Positions 1-8,149 of a DNA stretch of 64,000 nucleotides are shown here, piece by piece. Numbering within the stretch: the first letter of the stretch is position 1; every line of letters starts with the position of its first letter. Source of the DNA: Elusimicrobiota bacterium (lineage in GTDB: Bacteria; Elusimicrobiota; Elusimicrobia; UBA1565; UBA9628); the NCBI GenBank assembly GCA_031423795.1, contig JANPGH010000123.1:14206-78205 (forward strand). Reading direction: 5' to 3'. The position numbers were made by a program, and so were the translations under genes. The notes under the pieces were generated by a model. The model was not told the origin of the DNA. It made no database searches and worked only from the letters and a program-made list of their open reading frames with translations.

Positions 1-2949
1 ATCCAATGACGGGGAATTGATGGTGTCGATGGCCAAGACTTTACGCCCATCCTTCAATTGGGTGAGCATCATTCCGATATAACCTTTGGGCGCGTTGGAA
101 TTCCCCTTATGAACGGAGTAGTAAATCGTGTCCTCGTGCATCGCGCGGGTATAGGCTCTTCCTTTTGAGGCCTCATCATTGAAAGAGCAGTCGATTATGC
201 CCATGCGCCCGCGAAACACCGCCAAAAACCCCTGCGGGACCAAGCGATAAACATCCGTTTCACCCGGAACGACCACCAGGCGAGTTTTGGCCAACTCCAC
301 GTAAAGGTCATGGCAAAAATCGCCGATCGCGCGAGCCAAACCCTTTACCGCGCTTATTTGTATTCCCATCGAATCCGGTAGATGATTTTTGTAGTCCTCA
401 TAGACCGTCCGAAAGGCCACTATTTTTTCAGCGATGAAGCCCGTGCCGACCAGGACTCCCCGTATGTCCATGTCCCAATATGCGTCCGTCAGTATCAAAT
501 CCCTCATCAACGCGACCAACTTCTTGGACAGTCTTCTCTCGCCCAACCGCGCACGCGCAATCTCAAAGACGGTGCGATAGTAGGCTTTCGGATTCCTGAG
601 CAACTCCTCCATTATTTCCATGTCCCCGTCATCCGGAAACGCGACGGAAAACCGTTGGCCGGGCGACCACAAGCCCTGATCCTGCGCCTGGCTTCTTTTG
701 AACTGATAGTAGATATTCCTCAACGACAAGCCTTTGTCTTTGGGAAACTCCGCCTCGATCCAACTGAAATCGCGGATCCGGGTTGCGGCGGCGTCGAGTT
801 CCGCCGCGTTGCGATACAAAACTTCTTCACTCAAATCGTTGAGTTCCAGCTGCACCGCCTGCCCGCTGACCGTCATCGCGGGTAATCCTGCCGTCTTGAC
901 GAACAATCTCCGGAAATATTCGGGATGTCGGTCCTGATATGGGGAAATAATATTTACCCTCAAGTCGAAATCTTCCTGGGTTATTTCGATCTCGTGGGAG
1001 CGCACTGCCGTGTAGGCCAGCGCGCGTTCACGGGCACTGTTTGGATCGAAGCCCTTTTGAATGAAGACCTCGGCTTGAGCCTTCAAATCTTGGATAAATG
1101 CGGGGCCGTCGCTGGCCGCCGCGTATTGCCCCGCCAATTGCTCGTCGGCATACGGCAGGCCAAAGTTGCGCCAGCGTTGGAGCTTCTCCTGCTCGGCGGG
1201 AAGCAGAAAAATATGACCCATCTCGGCCATCGCGACATAGACTTTAGTGAGCACCTCCTCAACACGGATATATTTGCGCCTCTCTATTGAAAAAACCTTA
1301 TTTTCCAGGTCATATCGTGAAATGTCAACGCCTTTGCGCAGCATCGCGCCAAAAATCGTCCCTAGGGCCTCGACGGCATCGTTACGCTTCCAATTCTCAT
1401 AAAGCGGCGCCAGCGCGACCTTCCGGCCTTGTTCGATCATCGCAACATAGATATAGGTCAACGCTTCCGTGGCCGCGGAATTTCGGGACGGATTCGTGCC
1501 GTTCATTATGACTATGAGCTTTTTTCTGGGAGCATCCACTCCGCGCCGAACGTCGGCCGCATAGATACGTCCCAGAGCGATGGCCGCCACCCTGACTTCT
1601 GAATCATCCTGGTTATTTAATTGGGATTCGAGCTCGGTTATCGGTATCTCCATGCCGTTAGCTCTCATCGCGGCATAGACCTGCCCGACGGCCCTCGCGA
1701 TCGGCTTCTCCAAATGAAGCGGAAGATGATCGATTTCTCTGAATCGGGAGACCAACGGCTCAATATCGGCCGCGATATGATTTTCGATCTTCGCGGCGAG
1801 CAGATTGCCCGCCAACTCCAGCGTATCTGCGCCCCAATTCAGCTTGTCTTCGAAGAAACGATCCAACGGGGCGGTAGAAACCGGGATTCCCCTTCGGATC
1901 ATCGCCACATATATCTCGCTTAATGCCACCGCGACCTGTCGGCGCACAAGGCGGAAACCGGGGTCATCGAGAAGCCCTTCGATCCATGCCAGGCGAATGT
2001 CCTGGCCTTTGTCGATCATCTCCAAATAGACCGGCGTCAGGATCTCCAGCGGGACCGGCCCAGGAATCGTGCCGCCGCCAAATAACTGGAGTTCCAGTTC
2101 TTCGAGCGGTATCGCCTGGCCTCGGGCGACCATCGCGGCATATATTTGGCCGCGCGCCTTCGCGATCGCGCCGGGGGCCACGTCATCATCAGAAACCGAC
2201 GCGAGCTCTTCGGCAAATTTCCCGGGAGCGGGCAGGCCGCGGCGAATCATCGCCGCGTAAATTTTCCCGAGCGCGCTGCAAGCCGCAATACGCGCTTTGC
2301 GTCCAGCCTCTCCGGGCGTCGCGAGCATCGCTTCTAATCTCGCGTTTGAAAAGCGCCGACCGCCCTTAATCGCCGCGACGTTCATGGCCGCCACGACGTC
2401 GGCTTCATTCTCCGGCTTCAAAGGCATAAGCCGCCGCAGCGACCGCTGCGAAATTTCTTTATCCGAGGGCGAGTTTTTTCCCCACATTGGTGCGCTCGGA
2501 ACGGGATCGACGTTCGCGACGACCGCCGGCGCATTTACCCATGTCGGGCGCCAAGACGCGTCGAAGAATCGATCCAAGACGCCCAGCTTAGCCTCATCCT
2601 TTGAATTGCCCAAGAGAGAACCAATGCGCCGAACCGAAAACAAACCCTCCGCAGCGACGTCCGCGGATTGGGACGCAAGCTCAATCCGTGGCCCTGCCCT
2701 ATATTCGGCGGCCGATTCCGGGCCGAATATGAGCGAATTCGCCCCGAGATTCCAGTTCGGGAAAGTGAACGCCGTGGTGGCGGGTATTTGAACGACGGTA
2801 GGGAGGGATCTTGTCGGAATGACGTGCGGAGCCGCTTTGAGGACGGGCATGCAAAACGCTCCTCCGGGCGCAAAAAACGTCAGCGCACAAACAAAAAGGT
2901 GCCCCGCAGGGCGTGTCAACCAATGAAAGAAATGAGGCGACATTCGCAT
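1..2949 (-). CDS. large secreted repeat protein (HEAT/ARM-like repeats); 3' end lies outside the window
   Basis: Absent from the ORF track because it has no stop in the window. Manual reverse translation of 1..2949 in one frame is uninterrupted (~983 codons). ATG at 2949 gives MRMSPHFFHWLTRPAGHLFVCALTFFAPGGAFC, which looks like a signal peptide. At least 7 degenerate copies of the motif (A)LGxIY(A/V)AMxxRGxxIP follow. The + strand ORFs listed for 382..2791 are its antisense shadows. Confidence 0.7.
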   Translation of the reverse strand, partial: MRMSPHFFHWLTRPAGHLFVCALTFFAPGGAFCMPVLKAAPHVIPTRSLPTVVQIPATTAFTFPNWNLGANSLIFGPESAAEYRAGPRIELASQSADVAAEGLFSVRRIGSLLGNSKDEAKLGVLDRFFDASWRPTWVNAPAVVANVDPVPSAPMWGKNSPSDKEISQRSLRRLMPLKPENEADVVAAMNVAAIKGGRRFSNARLEAMLATPGEAGRKARIAACSALGKIYAAMIRRGLPAPGKFAEELASVSDDDVAPGAIAKARGQIYAAMVARGQAIPLEELELQLFGGGTIPGPVPLEILTPVYLEMIDKGQDIRLAWIEGLLDDPGFRLVRRQVAVALSEIYVAMIRRGIPVSTAPLDRFFEDKLNWGADTLELAGNLLAAKIENHIAADIEPLVSRFREIDHLPLHLEKPIARAVGQVYAAMRANGMEIPITELESQLNNQDDSEVRVAAIALGRIYAADVRRGVDAPRKKLIVIMNGTNPSRNSAATEALTYIYVAMIEQGRKVALAPLYENWKRNDAVEALGTIFGAMLRKGVDISRYDLENKVFSIERRKYIRVEEVLTKVYVAMAEMGHIFLLPAEQEKLQRWRNFGLPYADEQLAGQYAAASDGPAFIQDLKAQAEVFIQKGFDPNSARERALAYTAVRSHEIEITQEDFDLRVNIISPYQDRHPEYFRRLFVKTAGLPAMTVSGQAVQLELNDLSEEVLYRNAAELDAAATRIRDFSWIEAEFPKDKGLSLRNIYYQFKRSQAQDQGLWSPGQRFSVAFPDDGDMEIMEELLRNPKAYYRTVFEIARARLGERRLSKKLVALMRDLILTDAYWDMDIRGVLVGTGFIAEKIVAFRTVYEDYKNHLPDSMGIQISAVKGLARAIGDFCHDLYVELAKTRLVVVPGETDVYRLVPQGFLAVFRGRMGIIDCSFNDEASKGRAYTRAMHEDTIYYSVHKGNSNAPKGYIGMMLTQLKDGRKVLAIDTINSPSLD

Positions 2950-2950
2950 C

Positions 2951-4171
2951 TTAGGGCTTGTGCGGAGGCTTTTGACCTCTTGCCCAAGAGACATCCAGCC
3001 ACATTTTCCTCATCGCCGCCAAATCCGACAAGCTCATCTCGAGGTCGACCGGCAGGAAGTCATCGGATGGCGGCAAATTCAAGAATTCAGGATCAAGGAG
3101 ATAGGCGTGGCCATCGGTTCCTAGCCGAAAATTGAGGTCAACAGGAGATAAATTTAATTCACCCTCGATTACAGAATAGGCATGCCTGATGTCTTGTTCC
3201 ATCATGTCGGTAATCGCGAAGTCCGGCCGACGCTCAAACATTTTTTTCATTGTCTTCCACTCCGAGGTCCCCTCCCATCGCGGACTGGTAAGGTGCGCGC
3301 CGTCGATGTATTTGATAACAGTTCCCAAATTCCCGTCGATTTTCGTGAGGCTGTGAAACCGAGCGACTTTCACCGAGAGATAATGTAAAGCTTTCAACCA
3401 CGTGGCTTCGTTCATCCTGAACATAAGCGGCCTTCGAGAGAGCTTGATGAAGACTTTTTCTCCGTTGAATGTCCCGACGAATCTTTTGATCGTACCCAGG
3501 CCATGCAGGGGATCTCCAGCGTTCCTGGCGCCGATCACTTTCATGTTTTCGATCGACGCCGAATCTATTTGTGGGAAGTTTCGAACGTTTCGAAACAGCA
3601 TGCTGACCGGATCTTTCCCGACCAGAGCGAGATGAAGCGCTAATTGACGCTCCTGGCTGGCCGGTATCGGTATCACGGAACCAGTATTTGTCGCCCCCCA
3701 CGCCGCGGTCACTTGGCTTATTTCGTCTTCGATTTCGTCACGGCGATTTTGTGACATTCTCTCGACCAGCGCGGCTCGCGCCGATTGCAGCGGCTTGAGA
3801 TCTACCTTACCCATACGCACAAATGCCCTTTCGAGAATGCCGAGCCTCGAAAAAAGCTCCGCAGCATGGTCGGGCCGCGCTAAATCTTCGACTCGAATTT
3901 CGTCTGCGGTAACTATTGAGTCATCGTGAATGGCAAAATTCTGCGGGTACCTCGCAAAATCGCCGAGCGGCGAGTTAGGGCGAAGAAATTCATGGACTCG
4001 AGGCCTCAATTCAACCGGCAGTGCGGTAAACATCGATCGCAAGGCGACCGTCGCCTTGGCGGAAGGAACAGTAGACGCTGCGGCAAACCCCCGTTGGCCA
4101 GCGCCGGCGACGATCAGAAGCGCCAGACCTAACCGGCGGTAAACCGACGATCCTTGAAGTCTGCAATACAT
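2951..4171 (-). CDS. secreted protein-kinase-fold protein, paralog A (Kdo/WaaP-like atypical kinase core)
   Basis: Track ORF is 2951..4267. The start was moved to ATG 4171 (MYCRLQGSSVYRRLGLALLIVAGAG...) because this aligns with M1 of paralog B and leaves the conserved 58-bp element non-coding. Signal-peptide-like N-terminus. The C-terminal half carries kinase-like motifs: VFIKL, NEATWL, DLNFRL, LLDPE. The stop lies 1 nt from the start of the 1..2949 gene. Confidence 0.6.
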   Translation of the reverse strand: MYCRLQGSSVYRRLGLALLIVAGAGQRGFAAASTVPSAKATVALRSMFTALPVELRPRVHEFLRPNSPLGDFARYPQNFAIHDDSIVTADEIRVEDLARPDHAAELFSRLGILERAFVRMGKVDLKPLQSARAALVERMSQNRRDEIEDEISQVTAAWGATNTGSVIPIPASQERQLALHLALVGKDPVSMLFRNVRNFPQIDSASIENMKVIGARNAGDPLHGLGTIKRFVGTFNGEKVFIKLSRRPLMFRMNEATWLKALHYLSVKVARFHSLTKIDGNLGTVIKYIDGAHLTSPRWEGTSEWKTMKKMFERRPDFAITDMMEQDIRHAYSVIEGELNLSPVDLNFRLGTDGHAYLLDPEFLNLPPSDDFLPVDLEMSLSDLAAMRKMWLDVSWARGQKPPHKP

Positions 4172-4205
4172 GCAACGATATTTTGAGCTATCGGACAGGA
4201 TTCCG

Positions 4206-4263
4206 ACAGGGTCATCGGGACCCCGCAACGTGGGATAAAAGACCCATCCTCGATATAATCGCC
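4206..4263. repeat. 58-bp conserved upstream element, copy 1
   Basis: acagggtcatCgggaccccgcaacgtgggataaaAgacccatcctCgatataatcgcc. It matches 5541..5598 at 55 of 58 positions and contains the dyad GGGTC-N5-GACCC. Confidence 0.85.
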
Positions 4264-4279
4264 CCACGTGCGACGCGGC

Positions 4280-5506
4280 TTAGGGCTTGCCCGGAGGCTT
4301 CGGGGTGTGCGACGAAGCAACTTCCCGCCACACATCCTTCATTCCCGCTAAATCCGCTAAACTAAGTCTAAGAGGGACGAGCGGAATTTTATGGGATGGC
4401 GGCATATTTAAAAGCTCAGGATCGATGAGATAGGCGCTGCCGTCGGTGCCCAACCTGAAGTTGAGATCGTGCGGGGCCAAATGCAATTCGCCTTCGATCA
4501 CGGAATAGGCGTGCCGAATATCTTGCTCCATTCCGTCAGTGAAAGCGAAATCCGGTTTGCGTTCGAAGATTTTTCTCATACGCCGCCATTCCGGAGTGCC
4601 CGGCTGCCTCACTTCGAAAAGATGTATGCCGTCAACATATTCGGAGACGAGTCCCCAATATCCGGAAATCTCCGTAAGACCGTAGAATCGGGGGACTTTC
4701 ACCGACAGGTCACGCAGAGATTTTAACCACGCGGCTTCGTTAAAAATAAGAAAGGTCTGATTCAAGGTCTGCCGCAAGGAAAGTTTGACGAAGACTTTCT
4801 TCCCGTTTATTACTCCGACAATTCTTCTCAGCGTGCCCTTGCCCATTAAGGGATCCCCCGGATTCTTAGGGCCGATCACCTTCATATGTTCGATCTTCGC
4901 GGCCTCGATATGCGGAAAATCATTGGCCGTTCGAAGGAAAATGTTGATGGGATCTTTTCCAATGAGCGCACGCCGCACCGCGAGCACCCTTTCCTGGGCG
5001 CTGGGCACTGGAGAACCGAGCACCGGCGCCGCCCAAGACCTAGTCTCCTTGGCGACTCGCGCTTCGATTGCGGCGCGATGCTCTTCGGACATCCTCTCGC
5101 CGACGAGCGCCCGAGTCTGGTGCAACGGCCTGAGATCGACATTCCCGACGCGCTTAAGCGCCTCTTCGAGAATTCCGAGCCTTGAAAATAGCTGTGCTGC
5201 ATGATCGGGTTGCGCCAATGCTTTCGTCGCGATTTCATTCGCTGAGGCGATCGCCGCATCGTCGGCCATGAAATCCCGGACCACGTCTCCAACGTGGCTA
5301 ATCGGCGAGTTGGGACGAAGGAATTCATAGGCCCGGGGTTGCAACGACACCGGAAGGGCGGCGAACATCGAGCGTAACGAGTGCGCAACCTTCACGGACG
5401 CAACGCCGTTTGACGCGGCATGACCTGGGCGGGACGCGCCGACGCCGAGCAGGAGGGCCAGGCCCCACGCGCAAAATACCGACCGGCTTGTCTTTCCATC
5501 TTCCAT
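4280..5506 (-). CDS. secreted protein-kinase-fold protein, paralog B
   Basis: 408-aa ORF with signal-like N-terminus MEDGKTSRSVFCAWGLALLLGVGAS. Collinear with paralog A over its full length (e.g. DIRHAYSVIEGEL, DLNFRLGTDG, DPE). Confidence 0.65.
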   Translation of the reverse strand: MEDGKTSRSVFCAWGLALLLGVGASRPGHAASNGVASVKVAHSLRSMFAALPVSLQPRAYEFLRPNSPISHVGDVVRDFMADDAAIASANEIATKALAQPDHAAQLFSRLGILEEALKRVGNVDLRPLHQTRALVGERMSEEHRAAIEARVAKETRSWAAPVLGSPVPSAQERVLAVRRALIGKDPINIFLRTANDFPHIEAAKIEHMKVIGPKNPGDPLMGKGTLRRIVGVINGKKVFVKLSLRQTLNQTFLIFNEAAWLKSLRDLSVKVPRFYGLTEISGYWGLVSEYVDGIHLFEVRQPGTPEWRRMRKIFERKPDFAFTDGMEQDIRHAYSVIEGELHLAPHDLNFRLGTDGSAYLIDPELLNMPPSHKIPLVPLRLSLADLAGMKDVWREVASSHTPKPPGKP

Positions 5507-5540
5507 ATAGCGTTAGTTTGACGAATCGAGTCTTCTTCGA

Positions 5541-5598
5541 ACAGGGTCATTGGGACCCCGCAACGTGGGATAAAGGACCCATCCTTGATATAATCGCC
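5541..5598. repeat. 58-bp conserved upstream element, copy 2 (divergent control region between paralog B and the GlpD-like gene)
   Basis: Same sequence as 4206..4263 with 3 substitutions. Dyad GGGTC ATTGG GACCC at 5544..5558. Confidence 0.85.
5586..5594 (+). promoter_or_regulatory. extended -10 promoter (TGATATAAT), probably giving a leaderless mRNA
   Basis: TG at 5586-87 and TATAAT at 5589-94. The GTG start at 5601 lies 6 nt after the -10 hexamer. There is no Shine-Dalgarno sequence. Confidence 0.45.
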
Positions 5599-5600
5599 GC

Positions 5601-6941
5601 GTGCCCTACGACCTCGTCGTGATCGGCGCCGGCGTAACGGGCGCGGGCGTGGCGCGCGACGCGGCGCTGCGCGGCCTCAAAGTCGCCCTGATTGAGCGCG
5701 GCGAGCCCGGTGGTGGAACGACTAAAGCCTCCACTCACCTAATTCATGGCGGTGTGCGCTATTTGCTGTACGACCGCCTGACCACGCACGCGACGTGCTG
5801 GGATTCCGGCCATATTGTGCGCACGGCCGGCGACCTGATGACCCGCCTGCCTATCGTTTGGCCGGTATATCGTGATCACAAGCGCGGCCTGGAAACCGTC
5901 GAGACTTTATTTGAGGAGTACGATCGGTTTCAGCCGATGAAATACGGTCGCCCACACTTGCGGCTAACTCCGCAAGCGTGTATATCCTTAATACCCGGCC
6001 TCAAGGCGGAGGGATTACGCGGCGCATTGGTATTCGATGAATGGTGGGTCGATGCGCAGGCGCTGGCCGCGCGCACATTGGATTCCGCCAAATCCGCGGG
6101 AGCAGAGGTATTAGTCAGAGCCGCGGCGGACGCTATACTCCGCGAAGGGACACGCGCCGTTGGAGTTAGGGCCGGAGGGAAGGAATTTCGCGGCAAGCTC
6201 GTGATCAACGCCGCCGGGCCCTGGGTGGACAAGGTCGCGCGTTTGGCTGGTGCCAGCCTGCCGCTCCGGCTGATGAAGGGCACGCATCTAATTTGGAATG
6301 ATCCAAAAAAAGTTCCCGTCGGCCTATTGCTCGAAGCGGCCGATCACGAACGATATGTCTTCGTCATTCCCTCGCCGTTGGGCACATGGGTCGGTCCCAC
6401 CGATTTGCCCGGACCCGCCGATCCGGACGCGGCGCGCACGACGCCCGAAGAGGCGAAATACCTGCTCGAATCCGTGCGCCGTTATTTTGCCGATTGGCCA
6501 ATGCAACCGGACGCGACGATCATCGGATCGCGCCCCATCCTGGGCCAGCCGGGCGCTGAGAAACTACTCTCCCGCGACTTCGAGGTGTTCGACCATGAGA
6601 CGCGCGACGGCGTCCCGGGACTGCTCACCATCGGCGGTGGAAAAATGTCCGACTACCGGGCCATGGCCGAAGCCACGGTCGACGCGGCCTGCCTCAAGCT
6701 CGGCATACGCACCAATGGAACCACCGCGCAGTTTAAGCTCGACGGTTCGGCCGTCGGCGAGATTCCCGACTGGAATCCTCCCGCGCCGGGGCTCAAGCAC
6801 TTCCTCAAGACCCGACCGCATCTGCGGGAACTACACGCTCTCGCCCATTTAGGAGGCGCCTTCGGCGCCCATCTGCTGCGGCGCGCGTTGGGACGCTGCC
6901 CGGATTCCGATATCGAAAAATTTCGCGACCACTATGCGTGA
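5601..6941 (+). CDS. FAD-dependent oxidoreductase, glycerol-3-phosphate dehydrogenase/oxidase (GlpA/GlpD)-like
   Basis: N-terminus DLVVIGAGVTGAGVARDAALRGLKVALIERGE...GTTKASTHLIHGGVRYL is the GlpD-type dinucleotide-binding signature. Substrate cannot be proven from sequence. Confidence 0.7.
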   Translation: MPYDLVVIGAGVTGAGVARDAALRGLKVALIERGEPGGGTTKASTHLIHGGVRYLLYDRLTTHATCWDSGHIVRTAGDLMTRLPIVWPVYRDHKRGLETVETLFEEYDRFQPMKYGRPHLRLTPQACISLIPGLKAEGLRGALVFDEWWVDAQALAARTLDSAKSAGAEVLVRAAADAILREGTRAVGVRAGGKEFRGKLVINAAGPWVDKVARLAGASLPLRLMKGTHLIWNDPKKVPVGLLLEAADHERYVFVIPSPLGTWVGPTDLPGPADPDAARTTPEEAKYLLESVRRYFADWPMQPDATIIGSRPILGQPGAEKLLSRDFEVFDHETRDGVPGLLTIGGGKMSDYRAMAEATVDAACLKLGIRTNGTTAQFKLDGSAVGEIPDWNPPAPGLKHFLKTRPHLRELHALAHLGGAFGAHLLRRALGRCPDSDIEKFRDHYA

Positions 6942-7002
6942 CGCGCCAATTTTTTTGTAAAGTGAAGCGTCGGTTACCCATTTCAATTCTCGGAGAGCTC
7001 CC

Positions 7003-7683
7003 ATGAACAACGTTTGGTCACGAATCGAAGCCGTCCTCGAAGAAAAGTCGCTGCTCAAGCACCCCTTTTACCAGGCCTGGAACATGGGCACATTGACGCG
7101 CGAAGACCTCTCCCATTACGCGCAACAGTATTACGCGCAGGAATCCCGGTTTCCGCGATATTTGAGCGCGGTACATTCGAACTGCCCCGACGCCGCGACC
7201 CGCCGCGTGCTACTCGACAACCTCAATCATGAGGAAGCCGGCCCTGACAACCATCCCGAACTGTGGCTGCGCTTTGCCGAAACTGTCGGTGCCGATCGCG
7301 CCTCGGTGCTTTCCGCCGTGCCCCACGCGAAGACGACGGAGTGCGTCGAGTCCTTCGACCGCCTGTCTCGGGGAAGCTGGCAGACCGGTCTGGCCGCTTT
7401 GTATGCCTACGAAGTGCAGCAGCCGACCGTCGCCAAGACCAAGGTCGACGGCCTCGTTTCGAAGTACGGCCTCAATTCGAAAGCGGCCTTGGGCTTCTTC
7501 CAAGTCCACGAGACGCTCGACGCGTGGCATTCGGAGTCCGAAAAGAATATCTTGGACGGTGAAGTGAAGCGCGATCCCGCGTTGGCCGACGAATTGGTTA
7601 AGTCCGTCTCCTCGGCCTGCGACGCGCTAAACGCGTTGCTCGACGGCGTTTGCGAAGCGCGCGGCATCGCCTGCGCCTGCTAA
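7003..7683 (+). CDS. CADD/PqqC/TenA-like haem-oxygenase-fold di-iron protein
   Basis: LLKHPFYQAWNMGTLTREDLSHYAQQYYAQESRFPRYLS and NHPELWLRFAE resemble the CADD (Chlamydia CT610) family. GGAGAG Shine-Dalgarno sequence upstream. Confidence 0.65.
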   Translation: MNNVWSRIEAVLEEKSLLKHPFYQAWNMGTLTREDLSHYAQQYYAQESRFPRYLSAVHSNCPDAATRRVLLDNLNHEEAGPDNHPELWLRFAETVGADRASVLSAVPHAKTTECVESFDRLSRGSWQTGLAALYAYEVQQPTVAKTKVDGLVSKYGLNSKAALGFFQVHETLDAWHSESEKNILDGEVKRDPALADELVKSVSSACDALNALLDGVCEARGIACAC

Positions 7684-7687
7684 ACGC

Positions 7688-8149
7688 TCAGTAAACGCCG
7701 CGCTCCTGGTACCAGGGGATTTTCTTGCTGGACGGTTTCAGGCAATCGATAAAGACGATCACGCGCTCTTGGCCGTACACGTAGCCCCAGCGTCCGGTTC
7801 CCTTTAAGCTTGAGCCGTTGATCACCCCGTCGCTTAGGATGCCCGATCCGTAGTATTGGACCTTGTCCGTTTCTGAGCCGCAGGCGGGCAAATCGACCGC
7901 CGGTATGTTCGCGATGTATTTCGGCACCAAGTCGGTCAGCTTCGCGGGGATTTTTCTCTCCGCCTTGATGTAATCAGCGATAGCACTTTCAATCGATGCC
8001 AAGTTCGTGCGGGCTTTCGTCTCGCGGAAACTCATCTCTTCGTTGCGCGTCGCCCGTTCGAACGTGTCAGAAGTCTCATCGTGCATGAGCGAATTCATGC
8101 ACGCGGACGCCGATAAAATCAACGGAAGCAGAAAAAGTTTCCGTTTCAT
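7688..8149 (-). CDS. lipoprotein with pilin/pseudopilin-like core
   Basis: MKRKLFLLPLILSASAC lipobox. SIESAIADYIKAERKIPAKLTDLVPKYIANIP resembles a pseudopilin helix-loop. The start overlaps the mnmA stop by 4 nt. Confidence 0.5.
   Translation of the reverse strand: MKRKLFLLPLILSASACMNSLMHDETSDTFERATRNEEMSFRETKARTNLASIESAIADYIKAERKIPAKLTDLVPKYIANIPAVDLPACGSETDKVQYYGSGILSDGVINGSSLKGTGRWGYVYGQERVIVFIDCLKPSSKKIPWYQERGVY

Noticed and set aside
382-2791. Numerous + strand ORFs of 60-184 aa (e.g. 382..885, 1923..2369, 2297..2791).
   Set aside because: They are Arg/Pro/Ser-rich with no motifs. All lie antisense to one uninterrupted minus-strand frame (1..2949) that has protein-like composition and repeats. 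They are typical shadow ORFs of GC-rich DNA.
4172-4267. A 32-codon N-terminal extension of ORF 2951..4267 (MGRLYRGWVFYPTLRGPDDPVGILSDSSKYRC).
   Set aside because: It would translate the conserved 58-bp element. Alignment with paralog B places the homologous start at ATG 4171, where a signal-peptide-like sequence begins.
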